Positions 35,067 through 49,649 of a stretch of DNA of 64,000 bases are shown piece by piece. The notes beneath the pieces were generated by a model that was given only the letters and a program-made list of their open reading frames with translations, was not told where the DNA came from and did no database searches. Each line of letters starts with the position of its first letter. Position 1 is the first letter of the stretch. The position numbers were made by a program, and so were the translations under genes. This stretch comes from Eledone cirrhosa (taxonomy: Eukaryota): positions 294,004,001 through 294,068,000 of the forward strand of contig OZ024743.1 of the NCBI GenBank assembly GCA_964016885.1, read 5' to 3'.

Positions 35067-37086
35067 TGTATGTATGTATGTATGTATGTATGTATGTATG
35101 TATGTATGTATGTATGTATGTCAGGTCACCAGTTGTTGCTACAGGTAACATGTATCCCAGTACAACCTGACTCATGGTCGGGTCGTTGGCGACTAAACTG
35201 GCAACCCCACCAAGGTTTCTTGGTGAGGAGGGTGACTTTGGACATCCTGCAGGAATAAAAACAAAACCTGTCAAAGGGCAAAGCAGCTCTTAAGAGTCAA
35301 TGGCCATCCAAAATCACCGGGAGAGATGACCACTTAGCCTTTGTCAAGGCAGAATTCTAGGAGATGGAAAACTCTGATATAACACCTGCAACTCTGATGG
35401 TATCCTATGATGTTGACTTGTTCTTCTTTTTGGTAAATATCATCTTGGTTAAGAGAGTGGGACTGGCTTTGTGCAGTGCCTTTGCTCACTATAAAAGCTT
35501 CACGGCACAGGCATTGCTTTATGTCTGGAGATCTCTCTGCACTTGTCGTCATATGGTACCATGGGCCCAGCACTATGTGTCAATTATTGTCACAAGTGTA
35601 GTGTTTGTACCAGAGTTTTCAAGTCGCTGGCTGGACTAAGAAGTCACACTCGTTCAGCGCATCGGTGGGGGTTCTCCTACATGGATATAAAGTAGTGGCC
35701 GTACTCGAAAACGAGTTGGCAGCCACCATGTATGTATGTATGTGTGTGTACGCACACACAACACAGATACACACACACACAACAGTGGCGAAGGGTAACC
35801 TGGAAAGCAGGGCATGCGGTCCAATCGCCATGGTGGAAAGTGGGGTTGTGCAGCCCCGCCCCCCCATTTCGCAAAATTATTCAGTCCTCTCCACCATTTG
35901 TAAATGTGATGTGAGCTAATTTTAATGAGAAAATGCCCGTCTACCAACAGAATAATCTTCAGTCTTGATACTCCCCTCCACTAAACATGATGTCTCCGCA
36001 TTAATAACAACCTTTTTTGTAGAATCGAAAACAGAATTTCTGCCCCATACAATATGGTTTCAAAAACTACTAACAGAAATCTAAATTGATGAATTACGAA
36101 GACAGAAACAAATTCAAGGTACGTCCAATATTCTATCATATATCTCAACATACAACCCAAGAAATGCGGATGCTTACAACACTATTCACAAGAACATCCC
36201 ACTACTAAAACAAAACCCAAGAATGAAAAAAGCCCTCGAAACACACAAAATAATCAAAAGCAAAAGACAACCGAAATCACTGGAAACATTACTCACCAAT
36301 GCCAAATTACCCACCACAAACACACAACCAACTGTCAAAAAATGTGGTCGTTCTAATTGTGGAGCCTGCACTCAGAAACAGAATGACAGTTCATCGCCAA
36401 CAATTACGAGATCCAACCATGAGACAGATACCACTAAGCGCACATCTAGACTTATGCGCAAGTAATAAGACACCCAAATTCCAAGTCTTCCCATTTTACC
36501 TTTGCGCTAACAATACAACAGAACAAATACGAATACATAAGGAAAATATGTTTATTCAAAAATATAGACCAGCATTAAATATGGTTTAATATACATTATG
36601 TCAACACCATAACATGCTAACCATCCAAACAGACACATACACACACACATAACACCTTCTACTTTAGAAAATAAAAACCCGAACTAAATAAACCTTAACA
36701 TACGTTTGCACTGACAATACAACAGAACAAATACGAATAAGTAAGGAAAATATGTTCATTCAAAAATATTCCTACTAAAGGAATCGTTTTCCTACACACA
36801 TCCACACACACACAATATATATATATATATTCTCTTCATTTTAACATGCTAACCATACTCCCACACACATAACACCCATACACACAAAATAACCCCCACC
36901 CCTATACACACAACTCCTTCCCCCATTTCTTCTAATAGAATCACTTTCCTACACACATATATACACACACAAAATATATATATTCTCTCCATCTTAACAT
37001 ACTCCCACACACACACACACACACATAATACCAAAATACACACACACACAACTCCCTCCCCCTTCTACAAATAGAATCATCTTCCA

Positions 37087-37151
<65 letters not shown>

Positions 37152-38193
37152 CACACAAATAAACATACACACCTTTACTTGCTTTACTTCAATAGAAAAT
37201 CTGAATTCTGACACCCCAGCGAACTAACCATATTCACTGAACCAGAACAATTCTCCCATCCAATTTCTCTTGACCATTATCTTCTGCTTGTCAAAAAATT
37301 CTCTAAAAAGGCTACAGAATAGATTTCCAAATAAGGGCGCGAAAATTTGATGAAAACTTGTTCACCGTGACAGCCATAATTTCATTTATAACCAATCAAA
37401 TTACGTTTATTAAAAAAAAGGCTTCGTGAGCCCCCCCCCCCCTTTTTTAAGTAAAAAGAAATTCAAACACACACACACAACACACACACACACAAGCACA
37501 CAAATAAACATACATATCTTTACTTTCTTTATTCAATAGAAAATCTGAATTCTGACACCCCAGCGAACTAACCATATTCACTGAACCAGAACAATTCTCC
37601 CATCCAATTTCTCTTAACCATTATCTTTTACTTGTCATAAAATTCTCTAAAAAGGTTACAGAATAGATTTCCAAATAAGGGCGCGAAAATTTAATGAAAA
37701 CTTGTTCACGTAACAGCCATAATTTCATTTATAACCAATCAAATTACCTTTATTAAAAAAAAGCCTTCGTGAGCCCCCCTTTTTTTAAGTAAAAAGAAAT
37801 TCAAACACTCATATATGAAAAAACAACCTGTGACCCCCCCCCCCCCTTGTTTGAAGAACTTTGTAACGCGAACTGGCGCGAAATTTATTATAATTATTGA
37901 CCAACCAATCAAATTACTTCCGAAAAGCCTGGCATTTCGAGCCACTTTTTCTATATAGAACAAGTAACATTCAGAGACCAACCAGATGTGAGAAAAACCA
38001 CAGACCCTCTATCTCAACTCTACTTTTGAAAAGCAGAAAAACTGCGAAACCGGTAAAGGAACCAAATAAATATATATATATTTTTAAATATAAGACTCCA
38101 GTTGCATTTTCGATTTCATCATTTTTTCTTTATACTTTCACTCGTGTAGGACACCTCGGTTATTTTTTATTTTGTAAAAAAACCTCACTTTCT

Positions 38194-38246
<53 letters not shown>

Positions 38247-39537
38247 GTGGATGAATACATCAACAGGTACGATGTACTTGTAGAAATATTCAAGTTGTTT
38301 ATAATACTTGTGGTTCAATGGTACTAATTCGAGATACCAGAACAATATAAAAAGTAGTGAAGCAAGCGGTTATCAAACAATTCTCTAAATAAATTAAAAA
38401 ACGATTTAAATAATCACCTGTTCCATTGCTGTTACCGACGGTTTCATCATTCCAAAAGATTGGAAATCCAGAGAATTTCCAATGGAAAGAAATTAATATT
38501 CAGACAGCCTATTTCCACACCATAAGGTTGCAAGCCCCATAGTAAGTAAATATTTTGCTCCCTGCCCAACGCATGCGGTCAAGCCGTTAAAATGACACAC
38601 GCGCAAAATCAGGTCGCTGATAATAGCTGTATATTATAAACATGTTGATATTGCCACTAAAATTAGCAGCATTATTCAACGTTTTGTTCTCTACATAAGA
38701 AGAAAAATTATAGAAGTGGATGAATACATCAACAGGTACAATGTACTTGTAGAAATATTCAAGTTGTTTATAATACTTGTGGTTCAATGGTACTAATTCG
38801 AGATACCAGAACAATATAAAAAGTAGCGAAGCAAGCGGTTATCAAACAATTCTCTAAATAAATTAAAAAACGATTTAAATAATCATCTGTTCCATTGCTG
38901 TTACCGACGGTTTCATCATTCCAAAAGATTGGAAATCCAGAGAATTTCCAATGGAAAGAAATGAATATTCAGACAGCCTATTTCCACACCATAAGGTTGC
39001 AAGCCCCATAGTAAGTAAATATTTTGCTCCCTGCCCAACGCATGCGGTCAAGCCGTTAAAATGACACACACGCAAAATCAGGTCGCTGATAATAGCTGTA
39101 TATTATAAACATGTTGATATTGCCACTAAAATTAGCAGCATTATTCAACGTTTTGTTCTCTACATAAGGAGAAAAATTATAGAAGTGGATGAATACATCA
39201 ACAGGTACAATGTACTTGTAGAAATATTCCTCTGGATTTCCAATCTTTTGGAATGATGAAACCGTCGGTAACAGCCATGGAACAGGTGATTATTTAAATC
39301 GTTTTTTAATTTATTTAGAGAATTGTTTGATAACCGCTTGCTTCGCTACTTTTTATATATATATATATCTATCTATCTAAGGCGGGTAAAATTCCCGAGA
39401 TCCATGGACGAGTTCTCTCCAGCGGTCTCTGTCCCTCATTATCGCTGCCATATCCTGCATCTCCAACAGACCAGTGTCTGTCCTTAGGGCATCAACATAT
39501 GTTAACCTTGGTCTTCCTCTTCTAGTGTGTCCATGTA

Positions 39538-39589
<52 letters not shown>

Positions 39590-39590
39590 G

Positions 39591-39646
<56 letters not shown>

Positions 39647-39648
39647 CC

Positions 39649-39716
<68 letters not shown>

Positions 39717-39717
39717 C

Positions 39718-39778
<61 letters not shown>

Positions 39779-39780
39779 CC

Positions 39781-39881
<101 letters not shown>

Positions 39882-39882
39882 G

Positions 39883-39931
<49 letters not shown>

Positions 39932-40770
39932 TAAAATAACAGATTAAAGTTTAAGCAAAGAATCGCTGCTTTCACCCTTAACGGGATCTTCTGAAACTCA
40001 GAAATGAATATTTCACAAAGAACGGGAATAAATGAATATAATTATTTGGAGCGGTGAAAAACAATTACACGCAAAGACATAACCACGTTTATGGTATAAA
40101 AGAAGTCGTAGACTAATATTCTATTAGGTAGTTCATAGAGACGTTCTCTAGCAATGAACGGAAAAAACGAATACAAATGTCATATGTGGAGCGGGGAGAA
40201 CAATTGCACGCAAAGACAAAACCACGTAAATGGTATAACTGAAGTCGTAGGCTAAAATTCTAACTAGGAAACCGAATGTTAAGAATAAAGTAAATAAAAT
40301 ACAGAGGTAATTGAAATTAAATAAATACATACACGCATCCATATACGTACATACACAAGCATACAAATACAAGCACGTAAAAAAAAAAAAAAAAAAAAAA
40401 AAAACCCGCACGCACATACAGAACCCACGCAACGCCTGTACCCGCAAGCATACGAATGTATACACCAAATACACATAAAAATATATATTAAAAAAAAAAA
40501 ATATATATATATATATGTGTGTGTGTGCGTGTATACATATAATTAAATAAACGTATATAAATAAATAAATACGTATATAACAAGCGCACACACATACCTA
40601 CATGTAAATACACATATGTTCGGAGACGCACGTCAACCAAAACACAAAGTACACATATACACACACCCTACATACGTACGAACCCGCATACTCTATGGTT
40701 CTTATATATTTGATATATATTTATCCTTATCGAGCCCTCTTTGGATTTTAGTCTTCAAATTTATTATTAT

Positions 40771-40809
<39 letters not shown>

Positions 40810-40855
40810 ATGAGAGAGAGAGAGAGTGAGAGAGAGAGGGAGAGAGTGAGAGAGA

Positions 40856-40927
<72 letters not shown>

Positions 40928-41679
40928 GAAAAATAAAGATAGGTATTTATTAGTTTATCTGTTTGTTTACTAGTAACCTCACCATGCCCTGTTTGTGTGT
41001 ATTATCCCGGAAACATATATTTATATGAATTAACTATATTTTACACAAATTACTTTAAACGGTGCTGATAATCTTCTTCATTTGAGAATGTTGATTACTC
41101 AGTATTGTTACTTCCAAACAATTTCTAAGTCAAGAGATATACGTAAAATATACAAAATATATACATAAAAATATAATTTGAATCTAACATTTTATTTTTA
41201 TCTTCTGGAAAATGGTATTTATTTTGTAAAACACTGTACTCATTTACCTAGTTGCTCGAAATCAATTAGCTTTTTAATCAGTAAACTTTTCCAGTGATTT
41301 GTACGCATAAAATGATCTTTGTAAGTACAAAATGATTTTTCGTTAGGCTTTTTCTCCCAGGAGCTAAAAAGTAATCAAGAAAACATCCATTAGTTTATGA
41401 CCTTCTTTAAAAATTAAGTTTACTTGCATATAACCAGGCCCAAATTTCGCACACACACAGAGCATGACATGCATGTGTATATAAGCGCCGAAACATCTAT
41501 GATCTGCGGTTTACAGCTGATGAAGGATTTCTTCTCCTTTTTCGTCTATATTACCATCTTAAACTTTGTTTACAGTAACCACACAGCTCGTTTCGTTTCT
41601 TGTAATTTTTTATATATATATATATAAAATTACAAGAAACGAAACGGGCTGTGTGGTACTGTAAACAATGTTTAAGATC

Positions 41680-41798
<119 letters not shown>

Positions 41799-43213
41799 TG
41801 TGTGTGTGTGTGTGCATGTGTGTGTGTGCGCGTGTGTGTATTCCCGTTTAGTTTTTCGGAAATTGGTAGAAGAAATGTGTGAATAAATCACCTAGTCGTC
41901 AATAATGCATATAATATTTGATATGAAACAGGAGACATACATTTTAATAGATAGTTTGTGCTCCTGGACATTTGATAGTTATGAAATGTTGTTCGAGAAC
42001 ATGGTTTTCAAAAGACGACCTCATGGACAGAATTGTTCACTAAATTTATGTTTATCGAACGACAAAGATACCTGACTAGTTCTTAGGTCAAAACGCTTTG
42101 GTGTCAATAAACCAACTAACCTAGTATAATCTAGTATAATCAACACATGCCGTAAACTGGCATGAACGAACTAATATATAAGGCGAATTGGCACATTGTT
42201 TTTTAATCGTCATATTAAATGGCTTGAGACTTGTTTCTGCCATCTGTACTCTACATTTAAGTCCAGCCTTCTGTCACTGACGAAAAAATGACACACTTCT
42301 AAGAAATTGCAAACGGCATATAGTGCCAGAATAGAACAGATCAACGGAAATACACCTTACTTAGTCTAAATGAGGTTTTATCCACCAATGCATCGATTTA
42401 TTACCATCACCACTATATTTAATTTATGTTTGTTTCACTATATTTATTTATTCACCTTTATTTCGTTTTCTATTCATTATTCTTGGTGGATTGGCAGTTT
42501 CAGTAGGGGGTCGGACGCCATGCTTTGTAGCATAGAGTTACGCCCCTTTACGGTCTGAGATCAAATCCCGCCGAGGTTAAATTTGCCTTTCATCTTTACG
42601 GGGTCGATAAGGTAAAGTAGCAATAATGCACTGGAATACTTGCTGGCCTTGTGCCAAAAGTAAACAATTATTATTATCTTTTTCGTGCATTTATACGTAT
42701 ACTTCCTACATTTTCTTTTAACCTTACTATTTTAAAATTATTTATTTACTTGAGAAGGGTAGTGGATTTGTAGTATCGGTAAAACTTCGAATGACATATT
42801 ATGCGTGGCATATAGTTACATCCCTTTACGTTCCGAGTTAAAATTCCGCCGAGGTAAGCTTCGTCTTGCATCCTTAGAGTGTAGATAAAATATAAGACCT
42901 GTAACGCAATGAGGTCGATTTAATCGACTTTCTCCTCTCCCAAATGTGTTGGCTCTGTGCCTAAACTAGAAACCATTATTTATTTCATTCAGACTGAATA
43001 ATATTTCTCTGCTTCACACAATTGCTCACATTTCTTACTTTATTTCAGACTCTCTCGATATATTTCCATTGCTAACCGATTTACTACTTTATATATATTT
43101 TCGCACTCATTAATTAGTGTGTGACTTTATTTGTTTATAAATATAAATATATATATAAATATTACAAGTTCGCCAAAATGCAAACACACATTTATATATT
43201 CCGAGTATATTAG

Positions 43214-43281
<68 letters not shown>

Positions 43282-43626
43282 TAATCTAGCTGTCGTCTGT
43301 TCTACAGTGTGAATGTCATTCACTTCGCACAGAAGTTTTGTTCAAATTTATTGAGGAAATTTTGTGAGTTCAAACTTAATTTTGATACAATTGTGTAACT
43401 TGACCCTCCGTCTGAACTGTCAGGCGGTGGGTCAGCTCATCTTTACCCCTCCTAGAGGTGAAAAACCTGTTTTAAAAAATTTTGTGTAAAAAATTTCAAT
43501 CGTCTAACAGAAATGTTAAACGCAGCGAACGAAAATAGTGGTGGGGGGACAGCGGTAAGAGTTGTAAGCTCGCACGCTTTAGTCCTCCCTTCCTTCCCAA
43601 CTAACGTCATAGAGAAGTAAGGAAAA

Positions 43627-45417
43627 ATGAAAATAAAAACGGACGAATCTGCGGAGAAAAAATTAAATGACGAAAACATAAATCTGGACTTGGATTCCAA
43701 CAACGAAAAAAAAAAATTTGAAAAATTGCATGACAATACTAATAACACAAACAAAGACACAACAAACAAAAAAATAACAGTTGAAAATAACATCATATCA
43801 GAAAACAAAGCAGACGACAAGATTTCATTTGCACAGAAAACAAAGAAATCTTTGACTTATATAGCGGAAAACATTTCAGATGTGGTACGAAGGATCACGG
43901 ACGCAAAACAATACATAAGTGAAGGTGAGAATGGTATTTTATTGGTAAAAATGCCTCAAGAATTCACGAAAGACATTGAAAGCCGAACGGTCAAGTTTCG
44001 GACCATCAACAACAGTACAAAAAAACCTGAACAGCCTTCTCAAGCAGATATCAAAACAGTACTCACAGAAGTACTGAATGAAACAACTTTCATAAGAAAA
44101 GACAGACTGTATGGAAGCCTAGCAATTATCATGAAGAACGAATCGGCGGCAAAAAAATGTGCTTTGTCACCGATTCGTTCGAAAAATTTCACCTTTTATC
44201 CATCTTATATGGGAAAAAAAACTCAACGCATATGGCTGGATGCAATGATGCCAGATGTGGACTACTGCTGGCTCATAGTTGGCTTCATCGATCCAGTGAA
44301 TGACAACGTGATTTCCATTGGGAAAACCACAGGCAATGCGTTCAGTGGAACAGGTATAGAGCTGGTAGTACAAATGAAGCCTGAACGCATCGCCCAAATA
44401 CCCGACAGAATCCTATTAGAGGACCACGGGTATATAAACATTAGCGTGGAGGGGAGAAGGCCGTCCTGCCATATCTGTGCAGGCAGAGGGCACCTGAAGG
44501 CCGCTTGTCCCCAACTCAACAAAAAGAAAACCCTACTACCAACACCAGCTCCACCACCACCACCACCACAACAGATAAACAAACAACAAAACTCAGTCCC
44601 ACCCAACCCGTCCCTCAGTAACACCACAACACCACCACAACACAAACAGTCACAACACATTACCCCAAAACAAAATACAGGCCCACCCAACCTCTCACTC
44701 AATAAAACAACACAACCACCGCAGACACAACACACAACACAGTCTAACATAGTGACATCCATCTCCCCCACAAAGAAAACCAACACGGAAACATTACCAG
44801 CAAACATACCTCTTCCCTCCAACACTGAAGATAACCCAACGAATTCGGAGGAAGAAACGGAGTGCTTCAGACAGATTAAAAGGAAAAAAAGAAAACATGT
44901 GCAAAACACACAAGGACAAACAACCCCCACCCAAATCGCAACACAATCCAACAAAACAGAAAACACCCCTCCAGCAACAAACAAAACCAAACCTGCCCCT
45001 CCCCTCTTCGAAACACTCACACCATCGGAAAAAAAGACATTACACTATACTTACATCAACAGAAACAATAATAAATTAAATGAACTCATATACAATAATC
45101 CTTCGGTACAAACCGAAGGTGTAAACTTTGTTTCGTCAGAAAACCACCCACATTTAAAACTAATAAAAATCCCAATGAACCTCTACCAAAAACTAAAAAA
45201 GGATTTTAAGGAGGACGTAGGACCACCCTCCGTCAAACCCATAAACCGCGTCCTACTAAAAAGCTTTCCCCCTCCCCTTCCCCTCCCCAACACAACTCCA
45301 AACACCCCAACCCCACCACACACTGACGACCCCACACCACCACAAGACACCCCTTCACCCAACACCCCCGACCCCATGGAAGTCGTGCAACCCGAACCCC
45401 GGGAAGCGGAAAGGTAG
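43627..45417 (+). CDS. LINE ORF1 (596 aa)
   Basis: ORF track; protein identical to copy 1. Confidence 0.88.
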   Translation: MKIKTDESAEKKLNDENINLDLDSNNEKKKFEKLHDNTNNTNKDTTNKKITVENNIISENKADDKISFAQKTKKSLTYIAENISDVVRRITDAKQYISEGENGILLVKMPQEFTKDIESRTVKFRTINNSTKKPEQPSQADIKTVLTEVLNETTFIRKDRLYGSLAIIMKNESAAKKCALSPIRSKNFTFYPSYMGKKTQRIWLDAMMPDVDYCWLIVGFIDPVNDNVISIGKTTGNAFSGTGIELVVQMKPERIAQIPDRILLEDHGYINISVEGRRPSCHICAGRGHLKAACPQLNKKKTLLPTPAPPPPPPQQINKQQNSVPPNPSLSNTTTPPQHKQSQHITPKQNTGPPNLSLNKTTQPPQTQHTTQSNIVTSISPTKKTNTETLPANIPLPSNTEDNPTNSEEETECFRQIKRKKRKHVQNTQGQTTPTQIATQSNKTENTPPATNKTKPAPPLFETLTPSEKKTLHYTYINRNNNKLNELIYNNPSVQTEGVNFVSSENHPHLKLIKIPMNLYQKLKKDFKEDVGPPSVKPINRVLLKSFPPPLPLPNTTPNTPTPPHTDDPTPPQDTPSPNTPDPMEVVQPEPREAER

Positions 45418-45450
45418 GTCTCTACACTCTCCTTTGGCTCTGCCGCCCAC

Positions 45451-48400
45451 ATGGATGTGTTAAGAGTAGGATGTTTGAATGCACGTGGCCTGGGCTCAAC
45501 TTGGAAGCAAGCAAAGCTTCTAAATGACCTCAGGTCATGTAGTATAAATGTAATGGTTATCTGTGAGACTCGAATCAGCGTCATGCGGCAGCTGGCCCCC
45601 ACCTTCGATGACTTTGAGGTGCATGCATCTCTCTGTCAACCTGGATGTGGGGGTGGGGTTGTCGTGCTGCTGCAAAAACACCTGGGTCTTGCCGTACAGG
45701 TTGTGCACTCGGACCCGGAGGGTCGTTTGTTGGAGCTAGACGTTGGCAGTAGTGAAAGTGCGGCCTTGAGACTGGTCGCCGTCTACTCCCCTTTCGGAGC
45801 TGAACGGCCCGACTTCTTCCAGCGTTTGGAGACTTTTCTGGGAACGTCGCGTTCCCTGCTTCTAGCGGGGGATTGGAATGACATCCTGGATGCACGTTGG
45901 GACTATGCAGGAGCATGTCCTAATAGAGGGGGGTGTAACAGCCTCAAGGGGTTACTCGACCGTTTTAACTTGGTCGATAGATATCGACTAGATTTTCCAA
46001 CTGTGCCTACCTGGACTTGGAGAAACCACAGTGGTCAATCTAGATCGTACTTAGATAGATTCTTAGTTAGAAGTAAGGATAGGGACATATTAAGCTGTCC
46101 AGAAATGCGCACGGTTGGCTACACGGATCACAAATTAGTGACCTGCGTGGTCAATCTCGAGAAAACACATAGACAGGGTCCCGGTTACTGGAAACTTAAT
46201 TTGTCTTTACCGGCAAAAGAGACTTACAGAAACCGGATTAGCAGATTAGTTAAGGAGAGGTTGACGGGTGCAATCGTCAACAACCGATGGTGGGCATCTC
46301 TCAAAAGAGAGATTAGAACAGAATCAATAAGTTATAGCAAGATGTTAGCTGCCGATAGGAATAGGAACGAGAAAGAATTAACAGGTAAATTAGAAGAGGC
46401 AATCAAGAGCGAAGATGTGGCCAGAGTGCTGGCATCGAGGACGGCCTTGAACCAGTTTTTCGATGCAAAGCATGAAGGCTGCGTCATTCGAAGTAAAATA
46501 CGTGCTCTAGGTAATGAGGGGGCCAAAGCCGTTGGATGGGCCCGCGTGACAGAAGCTAAGAGTGGAAATCGATCCACCATCCGGTCGTTGCAAGACGAAG
46601 ATGGACGAGTGATCCGGGAGCCTAAGCAGATGTGCGAGGCCTTTCAAAAGCACTTTGCCCGATTGTTCGGGGGAGGCGAGGGTCCGGGCCGGGGCGTGGA
46701 TTTCGGTCCATACCTCGACGGCCTGCCGCGTCTCTCGAGCAAAGAGGCAGAGTCCTGCGAGGCACCAATCTCGGCTGATGAGATCGGAGATGCGCTGAGC
46801 CAATGCAGCAGACGCAAATCTCCAGGTCTCGATGGTATACCTTACGAACTTTATTTAGCAATACCGGTCTTCTTCTCCGAACTCCTCGAAGCGGTCTACT
46901 GCAATTGGCAGCAGAACGGGAGAATTCCTTGTTCTGTAGCCAAGGGCGTAGTCACGCTGGTGAGGAAGGACGAGAACAAGGGGGATAGTATAAATAATTT
47001 TCGGCCCATAACCCTGCTAAACACAGAGTTAAAGATTTTGGCCAAGGTGTTAGCAAAGAGGTTGGCGCTTGTCGTGGGTGGCCTGGTGGGAGATGCGCAG
47101 ACATGTGCTATCCCATCCAGGTCCATTCACGATAACCTCCACCTCATGCGATACATCATAGAGAGGGTTGGCAACAAACCCGGCTTCGGTGGGGCCCTGA
47201 TCAACTTGGATCAGTCTAAGGCCTTCGATAGGGTCGACCATGGTTACCTGGATGCGGTGCTAGCGGCGGCTGGGTTCGGTCCTGTTTTCAGAGGCTGGAT
47301 CACTGCCCTACATAGCAACCACATCTGTTCTAGGATCAAGGTGAACGGCTACCTTTCGAAGCCGTTCGAAATCACACGATCCATTCGACAGGGGTGCCCT
47401 CTCTCCTCCCTTCTGTACGTATTGACTCTCGAGCCTTTACTGAGGAAGTTGGAGTTGTTGCAGGGTATCCCCCTGGAACAAGAATTGAGCAAAGCGGTGT
47501 CGGCCTACGCCGATGACGTAACAGTAATGGTATCAACCGACTCGGAGATCGAGGCGATCGGTACCTTACTGGAGGAGTACGAAAGGTTGTCAGGAGCGAA
47601 ACTGAACCGGGAAAAATCCATCGGGCTGCAACTCGGAACGTGGAGAGGCAAACCGATGCCTCCTGACGGTGTCGTCGGACGCTGGACGGAGGGCCCGGTA
47701 AAGTTGCTTGGGGTCTGGTTTGGACCGGACCTCCAGGTGGAAAAGAACTGGAACGAGGTTACGAACAAGGTGTTTGCACTAACCCAGAAATGGGCCAAGT
47801 GTAAGCTGTCCCTAAAAGGCCGGGCGGAGGTGGCGAACATTTACATAGCGTCCGTCACTTACTACCGCCTGACTGTCGTGCCTTGCCCTAAGGAAACACT
47901 CACCACCATGGAACGCATGCTCTTCCAATTTCTTTGGAAGAAGCGTCCTCCTATGGTGAGAAGATCCATCTGCTGCCAACAACCTTCGAAAGGAGGGCTG
48001 GGGATGCCGTGGTTGATGATGCGTAGGCACGCATTAAGGCTACGGCACCTACAGGTATTCCTCACTGGTCAACCGGTGTGGGCTCCGTTCGTGAAACGAG
48101 CCTTTCCGAGACTCGTCTCACTCACCGAGCTACAGTCCTGGGTCAAGCAAAGATCCGGAAAACTGGGAGACTGGCACACTGAGTGTGCTCAGGCGCTCAG
48201 GGCTCTCTGGCAAGCGGGCCAGGCCATCGGTGGAGAATCCACCTCATTCTATAGAGGGCTGGTGGCTAGCAGGGGCGATGACACCCTTGGAGAGTCGCTG
48301 GACATGGAGGAAGACGAACTGGCCAGCCTGTTCGGTAGGACTTTCGGCCCAGGACCAATGGACAACTTCCAGAAGTCACTGGCCTGGCAGTGCTACCGAG

Positions 48401-48885
48401 GGGCTCTACACGTTCGAGAGAGGCTCTACAGACACGGGCGCCCGGGCAGGGATCCCTCAAAAAAGATTTGCCCTAGATGCGTGCGTCACGAAGAAACCGT
48501 AGCGCACGCATTGGTGCAATGTCCGGGCGTGGCTGATCTGTGGGGCTACGCCGAACAACTGCTGTCGCGGGTGGCGCCGATTAAATTGACCGCCGAGTCC
48601 GTGATGACAATCAAACCGCCTCCCCTCTTCACAAAGGAAGCAAAGGCGGTTTTTCTGTGCGTAATAGCCATGTTGAAAGAGGTTGTTTGGTGGACACGAT
48701 TGAAAGGTCTGAGGTCAGGCAACTTCCTCTCTGGCCATAGTCTGGTCTACTTCTTCCGATATCACTTCGGAAGAAGGATAAGAATGGAGAGAGAGGTGCT
48801 TGGCCACAGGCAGTTTTATGAAAGGTGGGTGATAGTGGCGAGAATGGCTCGTGTAAATGGGCCTTCTCTGTATACCATCCTGTAG
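45451..48885 (+). CDS. LINE ORF2 APE-RT-ZnF (1144 aa)
   Basis: Same motifs; CEAP and VVGH>VVGR variants. Confidence 0.97.
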   Translation: MDVLRVGCLNARGLGSTWKQAKLLNDLRSCSINVMVICETRISVMRQLAPTFDDFEVHASLCQPGCGGGVVVLLQKHLGLAVQVVHSDPEGRLLELDVGSSESAALRLVAVYSPFGAERPDFFQRLETFLGTSRSLLLAGDWNDILDARWDYAGACPNRGGCNSLKGLLDRFNLVDRYRLDFPTVPTWTWRNHSGQSRSYLDRFLVRSKDRDILSCPEMRTVGYTDHKLVTCVVNLEKTHRQGPGYWKLNLSLPAKETYRNRISRLVKERLTGAIVNNRWWASLKREIRTESISYSKMLAADRNRNEKELTGKLEEAIKSEDVARVLASRTALNQFFDAKHEGCVIRSKIRALGNEGAKAVGWARVTEAKSGNRSTIRSLQDEDGRVIREPKQMCEAFQKHFARLFGGGEGPGRGVDFGPYLDGLPRLSSKEAESCEAPISADEIGDALSQCSRRKSPGLDGIPYELYLAIPVFFSELLEAVYCNWQQNGRIPCSVAKGVVTLVRKDENKGDSINNFRPITLLNTELKILAKVLAKRLALVVGGLVGDAQTCAIPSRSIHDNLHLMRYIIERVGNKPGFGGALINLDQSKAFDRVDHGYLDAVLAAAGFGPVFRGWITALHSNHICSRIKVNGYLSKPFEITRSIRQGCPLSSLLYVLTLEPLLRKLELLQGIPLEQELSKAVSAYADDVTVMVSTDSEIEAIGTLLEEYERLSGAKLNREKSIGLQLGTWRGKPMPPDGVVGRWTEGPVKLLGVWFGPDLQVEKNWNEVTNKVFALTQKWAKCKLSLKGRAEVANIYIASVTYYRLTVVPCPKETLTTMERMLFQFLWKKRPPMVRRSICCQQPSKGGLGMPWLMMRRHALRLRHLQVFLTGQPVWAPFVKRAFPRLVSLTELQSWVKQRSGKLGDWHTECAQALRALWQAGQAIGGESTSFYRGLVASRGDDTLGESLDMEEDELASLFGRTFGPGPMDNFQKSLAWQCYRGALHVRERLYRHGRPGRDPSKKICPRCVRHEETVAHALVQCPGVADLWGYAEQLLSRVAPIKLTAESVMTIKPPPLFTKEAKAVFLCVIAMLKEVVWWTRLKGLRSGNFLSGHSLVYFFRYHFGRRIRMEREVLGHRQFYERWVIVARMARVNGPSLYTIL

Positions 48886-49099
48886 GTAAAGAAGTAAAGG
48901 AGAGGGGAGCACCTTCTCCATGTGCTCCCCGGGCAAAGGATTGCACACTTTTTCGGGGGTGTGTGCAACCCCCATCACGTCCCCTCCCTTTTGAGGTTAT
49001 TTTCGATTATTTTCATGTTACACCCTTTTTACTCGATTATATGTAAACTCCCCCTTTGTATTTGTCCCTTCTTTTTATGCCTTTATGGTAAATAAAGAA

Positions 49100-49132
<33 letters not shown>

Positions 49133-49424
49133 CCTACCTACCTGCCTGACTGTCTGTCAGTGTGTCTGTCTGTTTATTGCATGTCCATGTGTATCCATAT
49201 AAGCTTAAACATCTTTAGCTGAGACTATATATATACATACACACACACACGCATATTTAGATGCCCCCCCCCTCAATCTATCTTATTTCTCATTTTTCTT
49301 CTGATGAAGGACTAGCGTCCGAAACGTTAAGACTCTCTTCCTGCTATATCAAGCGTTAACCTAATATATCCCTTCCATATACTGTACCAATTCTGTTGTT
49401 ATTTCTGTTTATCTTTTACACACA

Positions 49425-49533
<109 letters not shown>

Positions 49534-49553
49534 GTGCAAACACACACACACAC

Positions 49554-49595
<42 letters not shown>

Positions 49596-49649
49596 GTGGC
49601 TGTTTATAGTGTAGGTATATGCACATATATGCATCTTGTTATTCATGTC

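Larger units (their letters stand above)
43280..49099 (+). mobile_element. Full-length Tx1/L1-clade LINE, copy 3
   Basis: (ATCT)16 upstream and (ATCT)8 downstream; both ORFs intact. Confidence 0.93.
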
